From positions 9,743 to 73,742 of the forward strand of contig JAUWQY010000003.1 of assembly GCA_030610855.1 (NCBI GenBank): 64,000 nucleotides of DNA, given 5' to 3'. The notes under the pieces were generated by a model, which saw only the letters and a list, made by a program, of their open reading frames with translations, searched no databases and was not told the origin of the DNA. The position numbers and the translations under genes are program-made. Each line of letters starts with the position of its first letter. Position 1 is the first letter of the stretch. Below, one piece after another: positions 58,610-64,000 of this stretch. The DNA comes from Dehalococcoidia bacterium. GTDB lineage: Bacteria; Chloroflexota; Dehalococcoidia; GIF9; AB-539-J10.

Positions 58610-59005
58610 ATGCAGGGCAACACCGTGAACTACGAGGAACTGGTACCTGGTTACGAATTCCCCCTTGCCAGCTATGAGTTGAGCGCCTCGCTCGTGTCTA
58701 AGTATGTGCAAGCTGTGGACGGCGCGGGCGACGGCTTTGTCCCACCGCTGGCCATCACAGCCTGTGCCATTGCGACCATGGCAGGGTCTATTTCGCTACC
58801 GCCCGGCACAGTCGCCATACATGCCTCACAGGACCTGGAGTTCTTCAAGCCGGTGCCCATCGGCACTACTGTAGAATGTCACATCAGGGTGGTGCAGAAG
58901 ATAGCCCGCGGCAAAATGGGCATGTTGATCCTGGAGTTGGGGATTTTCGACCAGGGCAAGGAAAAGGTGCAGTCAGGAAAGGCAACTATAGCGTTGCCCG
59001 CTTAG
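58610..59005 (+). CDS. MaoC/hotdog dehydratase, N-half type subunit
   Basis: VPPLA, IHASQDLEFFKPV. Confidence 0.8.
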   Translation: MQGNTVNYEELVPGYEFPLASYELSASLVSKYVQAVDGAGDGFVPPLAITACAIATMAGSISLPPGTVAIHASQDLEFFKPVPIGTTVECHIRVVQKIARGKMGMLILELGIFDQGKEKVQSGKATIALPA

Positions 59006-59012
59006 AAGACGA

Positions 59013-59435
59013 ATGCTTACAGATATTCACGAAGGAAAGACTCTTCCTCCGGTGGTGAAACATGTCACCCAGGAGAAGATCAACCTCTATGCCGAGGCTT
59101 CGGGTGATTATAACCCCATACATGTGGACGAGTCCTTCGCTGTTAAGACTCCTTTTGGCGGCACTATTGCTCATGGCATGCTTAACCTGGCTTATGTGTC
59201 AGAGATGATGACAGCGGCTTTTGGCCGAAACTGGCTGTCGGGCGGTAGGCTTCGCGCCAAGTTCAAGGAGGTGGCACGTCCGGGAGATACTTTGACCATC
59301 AATTCCACAGTGAATTCCATCGAAAAGAGAGATGGTGTATCATATGCCAATTGCAGTTTTGAGGTCCGCAATCAGAAGGGCGAAGTAGTAGTGGCAGGGG
59401 AGGCAACAGCGAAGTTCTCACGTGGTCAGGAGTAG
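59013..59435 (+). CDS. MaoC (R)-hydratase/dehydratase, catalytic subunit
   Basis: YAEASGDYNPIH...IAHGM. Confidence 0.9.
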   Translation: MLTDIHEGKTLPPVVKHVTQEKINLYAEASGDYNPIHVDESFAVKTPFGGTIAHGMLNLAYVSEMMTAAFGRNWLSGGRLRAKFKEVARPGDTLTINSTVNSIEKRDGVSYANCSFEVRNQKGEVVVAGEATAKFSRGQE

Positions 59436-60465
59436 AAGTATAGTTCAAAACAGCAGAGTAAGGGTGGCGGTCGACGCCATGGGTGGTGATTATGCCCCTG
59501 AGGAGATAGTCAAAGGCGCCGTGCTCGCTGCTCAGCAAGATGATGTGGAAATATTCCTGGTTGGGTCGGCAAGCATTCTGGAGAATCAACTAGCCAGGTA
59601 CGGGTCTGCTGAGAATTCGTCTATCCATGTGGCGGCAGCGAGCGAGTTCATCGGGGAGAATGAGTCGCCTGTGGCGGCAATCCGTCGCAAGCCTGATTGC
59701 TCCGTAGCCGTAGCGGCAAAGATGGTGAAATCAGGCGAGGCAGACGCATTTGTCAGCGCCGGATCCAGTGCCGCCGCTGCGGTAAGCGCCATTCAATACA
59801 TGGGTATGCTTGGGGGGATATACCGCCCGGCGATCGTTGGCTCTCTGGGTACCTTTGCCCCGAATACCGTGATGGTGGACCTGGGAGCGAACGTGGATTG
59901 TAAGCCGCACCAGTTCCTGGATTTTGCCATTGTTGGCTCGGTTTACGCTAAGAAGTTCCTTAATATTGCCGACCCCAAGATAGCTTTACTAAGCACCGGC
60001 GTTGAAGAGGGCAAAGGGAATGAAGCGGTGCGCGAAGCTTATTCTCTTCTCAAGAAGAGTGGCTTAAACTTCGTCGGCAATGTGGAGGGCAATGAGGTCT
60101 TAAACGGCAAAGCCAATGTCATCGTCTGCGACGGATTTGCGGGCAACGTGCTTCTGAAGTTCTATGAGAGCATCGGGGGGCACGCCCGGGACTGGACGGA
60201 GCAAAAGGTTCAAAAGTACCCATTTCTGGGAATTTTGGTTAAACTATTATTCAACAAACTGTTTCAGGCAACCAGGATATCCAGTGAAACTGAGAAGGGA
60301 GGGGGTGGTATTCTGTGGGGCATTGACGGGGTTGTCAAGATAGCTCACGGAGCTAGCCGGGCGCCCCGTATAGCTAATGCCATAGAGAGCGCCAAGAATG
60401 CAGTAAAAGCCAGGACCACTGAGAGCCTGAAGTTGGAGTTAGCAAAATTTGACCAAGGGGGGTAA
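59422..60465 (+). CDS. plsX: Phosphate acyltransferase
   Basis: AVDAMGGDYAP, DLGANVD, VCDGF.GNVLLK. Confidence 0.95.
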   Translation: MVRSRSIVQNSRVRVAVDAMGGDYAPEEIVKGAVLAAQQDDVEIFLVGSASILENQLARYGSAENSSIHVAAASEFIGENESPVAAIRRKPDCSVAVAAKMVKSGEADAFVSAGSSAAAAVSAIQYMGMLGGIYRPAIVGSLGTFAPNTVMVDLGANVDCKPHQFLDFAIVGSVYAKKFLNIADPKIALLSTGVEEGKGNEAVREAYSLLKKSGLNFVGNVEGNEVLNGKANVIVCDGFAGNVLLKFYESIGGHARDWTEQKVQKYPFLGILVKLLFNKLFQATRISSETEKGGGGILWGIDGVVKIAHGASRAPRIANAIESAKNAVKARTTESLKLELAKFDQGG

Positions 60466-60468
60466 GTT

Positions 60469-60714
60469 ATGACTATTGAAGAGCAAATAAGAGACATCGT
60501 GGCCAGGATCAGCCGTGTCGACAAGAGCATTATCACGCGGGAAAGCACATTCAAGGATATCAAGGCGGACTCCCTGGATGTAGTGCAGGCATTGGTGGCG
60601 GTGGAAGAGCTCTTTGAGATCGAAATCCCAGACGAGGTAGCCCAGAAGTTCCAGAACTTCGGCGATTTTGTCTCTTATGTCGAGAGCAAAGTAGCAAAGG
60701 CGGAGAAGGTTTGA
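60469..60714 (+). CDS. acpP: Acyl carrier protein
   Basis: ADSLD, EELFEIEIPDE. Confidence 0.93.
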   Translation: MTIEEQIRDIVARISRVDKSIITRESTFKDIKADSLDVVQALVAVEELFEIEIPDEVAQKFQNFGDFVSYVESKVAKAEKV

Positions 60715-60716
60715 CC

Positions 60717-61493
60717 ATGTCCCTCGAAGGGAAGCTGGCTCTGGTGACAGGGGGTGGGCGGGGCATCGGTAAGGCGATCGGCTTGAAGCTTGCCTCGCAG
60801 GGTGCCGATGTTATCGTCAATTTTTTCCGCCACCGCGATGCGGCGCTGGAGACGGCTAAGGAGATCGAGGCCCTGGGGGTGAAGGCTGAGATTATCCGGG
60901 CTAATGTGGGAGACGCGGCAAAAATCGACGAGATGTTCGACACGATTGGCAGCAAATTCGGACGCTTGGATATCTTCATTAACAACGCTGCTTCAGGCGT
61001 AGGCCGCCCCGCATTGGAGCTGGATAGTAAGGCCTGGGAATGGACGATGAACATCAACGCCAGAGCCCTTTTGCTCTGTGCCCAGAGGGCAGCCAGGCTA
61101 ATGGAGGGACGGGGTGGTAAGGTAGTCAGCATCTCCAGCCTGGGTTCGTCGTTTGTCTTACCCAATTACACCGTCGTGGGAGTCTCCAAGGCGGCCCTGG
61201 AAGCGCTGACCCGCTACCTGGCAATAGAGCTGGCAGCTCAAAACATATGCGTCAATACTGTAGCTGCTTCCGCTGTGGAAACAGAAGCCCTGAAGTTCTA
61301 CTTCAAAGAAGGGTTGGCAAAAGATAGTCATTACGTAACGCCGGTGGGAAGGATGGTGACTCCCGAAGACGTCGCTAACGTAGTTGCTTTTCTGTGTAGT
61401 GAAGAGGCCTTCATGATAAGAGGACAGATCATCGTCGTTGATGGGGGCACCTCCGTAGGACTCTTCGCCACTGCTGGAAAGGGAGGAGAATGA
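60717..61493 (+). CDS. SDR reductase, FabL-like enoyl-ACP reductase
   Basis: TGGGRGIG, NNAASGV.RP, SSLGS, Y..VGVSKAALEALTRYLA. Confidence 0.8.
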   Translation: MSLEGKLALVTGGGRGIGKAIGLKLASQGADVIVNFFRHRDAALETAKEIEALGVKAEIIRANVGDAAKIDEMFDTIGSKFGRLDIFINNAASGVGRPALELDSKAWEWTMNINARALLLCAQRAARLMEGRGGKVVSISSLGSSFVLPNYTVVGVSKAALEALTRYLAIELAAQNICVNTVAASAVETEALKFYFKEGLAKDSHYVTPVGRMVTPEDVANVVAFLCSEEAFMIRGQIIVVDGGTSVGLFATAGKGGE

Positions 61494-62770
61494 ACACGCC
61501 TGGAGGTTCTGACAACTCGAAGAATTTCTGGGGCACAATGAATATACCGCGGGTGGTAGTTACCGGCATGGGCACCATTAACCCCCTGGGCTTAAGTGTA
61601 GATGAGTTCTGGCAGGGACTAGTCGCGGGGAAAATGGCATTCGGTCCCATCACCCGCTTTGATACGAGCAACTTCCGGGTAAAAGTGAATGCCGAGGTCA
61701 AAGGCTTTGACCCGACTAAGTATATGGACTTAAAGGTAGTTGACCGGACTTCAAGGACCATCCAGTTTGCCATTGCGGCTGCCAAAGAAGCAATACCGTC
61801 AGCCGGATTGGACATGACCCAGGAAAACGCTGAGCGAGTAGGTGTTGTTATTTCTACTATGACGGAGCAAGGCTACGTCGTCAGGGGATGGGAACTGTAT
61901 CAGAAAGTGGGTCCCAGAAGAGCCGACCCGCTCTTCATCACCAAGTCGACCCCCAGCGCAGCGTCAATGCAGGTAGGGATGATGCTGGGGGCCAAGGGCC
62001 CTAATAACGCCGTGAATAGTCTTTGTGCCAGCGGTACTGATGCCATAGGCACGGCGACGAATTTCATCCGCCTTGGTTACGCCGATGTGATGATAGCCGG
62101 AGCATCCGATGCCAGCCTGGAGCCCGTTAGTATTGCCGGGTTAGATGTCCTGAGGGCCGTCACCCGTGAGCCGGATCCGTCCAAAGCGTGTCGCCCGTTC
62201 GACCTCAATCGCAATGGTTTCGTCTATGGCGAGGGTGCCGGACTGATTGTTCTGGAAACTTATGAGCATGCCAAAAGACGGGGCGCAGCCATCCTGGCTG
62301 AGATTGGCGGCGCAGGATGGTCTTTCGACGCCCACGACGCAACTGCGCCCGCCCCTGAGTCGGAGGCCTACGCCATTCGCACTGCTCTGCAACATGCCGG
62401 GGCGAAGATTGAGGATGTCGATTATATCAACGCTCACGGGACCAGTACCAAGCTGAATGATGCCTGTGAAACGAAAGCCATCAAGATGGTGTTCGGAGAA
62501 CACGCTTACAAGATTCCCATAAGCTCCACCAAGTCCATGATTGGGCACATCATCACCGCTGCCGGCGTTGTTGAGACCATCGCCGCCATATTGGTCATCA
62601 ACAAGGGGATTATTCACGCGACTGTGAACTACGAGACCCCCGATCCGGATTGCGACCTGGACTACGTCCCGAATGTAGCCCGCAAGGCCCAGGTGAATGT
62701 TTGTCTGAAGAATAGCTTTGGCTTAGGTGGTGAGAACTGCTGCCTGGTGCTGAAACGCGTCAGCGACTGA
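61490..62770 (+). CDS. fabF: Beta-ketoacyl-ACP synthase II-like (divergent)
   Basis: Cys-His-His triad in LCASG, NAHGTST, KSMIGH. Confidence 0.88.
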   Translation: MNTPGGSDNSKNFWGTMNIPRVVVTGMGTINPLGLSVDEFWQGLVAGKMAFGPITRFDTSNFRVKVNAEVKGFDPTKYMDLKVVDRTSRTIQFAIAAAKEAIPSAGLDMTQENAERVGVVISTMTEQGYVVRGWELYQKVGPRRADPLFITKSTPSAASMQVGMMLGAKGPNNAVNSLCASGTDAIGTATNFIRLGYADVMIAGASDASLEPVSIAGLDVLRAVTREPDPSKACRPFDLNRNGFVYGEGAGLIVLETYEHAKRRGAAILAEIGGAGWSFDAHDATAPAPESEAYAIRTALQHAGAKIEDVDYINAHGTSTKLNDACETKAIKMVFGEHAYKIPISSTKSMIGHIITAAGVVETIAAILVINKGIIHATVNYETPDPDCDLDYVPNVARKAQVNVCLKNSFGLGGENCCLVLKRVSD

Positions 62771-62779
62771 AGGCGAGTC

Positions 62780-63535
62780 ATGGAACTAGAAGAGAAGGTA
62801 TCTCTCGTAACCGGTGCCTCTCGTGGCATAGGCAGAGCCATCGCCCTCAAGCTTGCCAGCCTTGGTTCCAGGGTGGCCGTCAACTATGTGGCGATTGAGG
62901 CCAGCAACAAGACTGATGCTGATGATGTCGTGGAGAGCATAGCCCGTACGGGTGGGGAAGCCATGGCCGTTGAGGCTGATGTTCGGAACAGTGAAGCTGT
63001 GAAGGCCATGGTGGAGCAGGTAGTTGAGAAATGGGGCAAAATCGATATTCTGGTAAACAATGCCGGCATCAACAGGGATGCCCTTCTTCTGAGAATGTCT
63101 GATGACGCCTGGGACGCTGTAATCGACACCAATCTGCGCGGAGCCTTCCTGTGCACCAAGTTTGCCGTGAGGCATATGATGAGGCAGGAATGGGGACGCG
63201 TCATAAGTCTTTCCTCTGTTGTCGGTAGAGTGGGGAACGCAGGGCAATGCAACTATGCCGCTTCTAAAGGGGGAATCATCGCCTTCACCAAGAGCGTCGC
63301 CCGAGAGATGGGTTCCCGCAATATAACCGTCAACGCCGTAGCCCCTGGCTTCATCGTTACCGGGATGACAAACAAGCTGCCTCCGGAGACGAGAGATAGC
63401 TTGCTGGCTATGATTCCGCTGCAGCGACTGGGTCAGCCCGAGGATGTGGCTGAACTGGTAGCCTTTCTGGCCGGCGAAAGAGCTGGCTATATCACGGGAC
63501 AGGTCATCACCATCGATGGCGGAGCATTCCCCTAA
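62780..63535 (+). CDS. fabG: 3-oxoacyl-ACP reductase
   Basis: TGASRGIG, NNAGI.RD, NYAASK, VAPGFI. Confidence 0.93.
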   Translation: MELEEKVSLVTGASRGIGRAIALKLASLGSRVAVNYVAIEASNKTDADDVVESIARTGGEAMAVEADVRNSEAVKAMVEQVVEKWGKIDILVNNAGINRDALLLRMSDDAWDAVIDTNLRGAFLCTKFAVRHMMRQEWGRVISLSSVVGRVGNAGQCNYAASKGGIIAFTKSVAREMGSRNITVNAVAPGFIVTGMTNKLPPETRDSLLAMIPLQRLGQPEDVAELVAFLAGERAGYITGQVITIDGGAFP

Positions 63536-63779
63536 ACGGCAGCCCTCACAACAACCTGTTCTGATGCTACGGTGTATTGCCTCTATCCGACTGCATGCCG
63601 ATGCCGAGGGGACGCACGGCATCATCTTGCGGTTCGAAAATGTTGACAAAGAGCTTCGCTGCGTTCATAATGCATCGCAATACGATATACAAGATGTTCT
63701 GGCTAGTCACGAAGGAAGGCGTCTGGGAGGGCATGGATACACGGCGTCCTGCGGGCGTTCTCCGGCACAGTGAGGTAAC

Positions 63780-64000
63780 ATGCGGCTGCTAGTGCCAACG
63801 AATTGGGATCCGGCTTTGATAGAGCCATTGAGCAGGCTGGAAGCCGGCATAGAGCTATATGGCGTATTGGCCACCTCACTTATCGGCACCGGAGGGTCAA
63901 GTCCCGACAACGTCGACATGGTGCAAGGTCAGGCGGAGGAGTATGTCAAACGGGCCCATGCAGCAGGTCTGAGGTTTGATTACCTCCTGAACGCTCCCAG
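63780..64000 (+). CDS. Partial U32-family-like protein (runs off the right edge)
   Basis: Manually translated MRLLVPTNWDPALIE...YVKRAHAAGLRFDYLLNAP; GAGGT RBS. Confidence 0.65.
   Translation, partial: MRLLVPTNWDPALIEPLSRLEAGIELYGVLATSLIGTGGSSPDNVDMVQGQAEEYVKRAHAAGLRFDYLLNAP

Overview
Bacterial chromosomal window; gene content and order suggest an anaerobic Chloroflexota (Dehalococcoidia-like) organism, which is an inference. 1-2.5 kb: restriction-modification-like pair (alpha-class SPPY methyltransferase plus a partial downstream ORF). 2.9-11.4 kb: SAM methyltransferase and three secreted repeat proteins. About 11.6-25.0 kb: integrative element next to the 3' end of tRNA-Glu(CTC), carrying an integrase, an excisionase, a second small tyrosine recombinase, an HTH/coiled-coil protein, an ECF-sigma-like gene, a beta-clamp homolog, a Zot-like ATPase, a DUF932-like gene and many small ORFs. 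25.3-44.6 kb: the str-S10-spc-alpha ribosomal supercluster, lacking tuf and rpmD. 45-55 kb: phosphatase, HD protein, uvrA, K+-dependent membrane pyrophosphatase, acyl-CoA dehydrogenase and an isobutyryl-CoA-mutase-like pair. 55-58 kb: AT-rich island bracketed by REP-like palindromes. 58-64 kb: two tRNAs and an atypical FAS-II cluster. The strongest novelty candidate lies in the integrative element. The ECF-sigma-like gene is flanked by 20-bp inverted repeats that split a putative cognate promoter (second copy at 13.3 kb), and this promoter points into an ~800-nt densely base-paired non-coding leader ahead of a hairpin-punctuated operon. This may be an invertible sigma switch coupled to a large structured RNA. 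All functional statements on it are inference from sequence alone.
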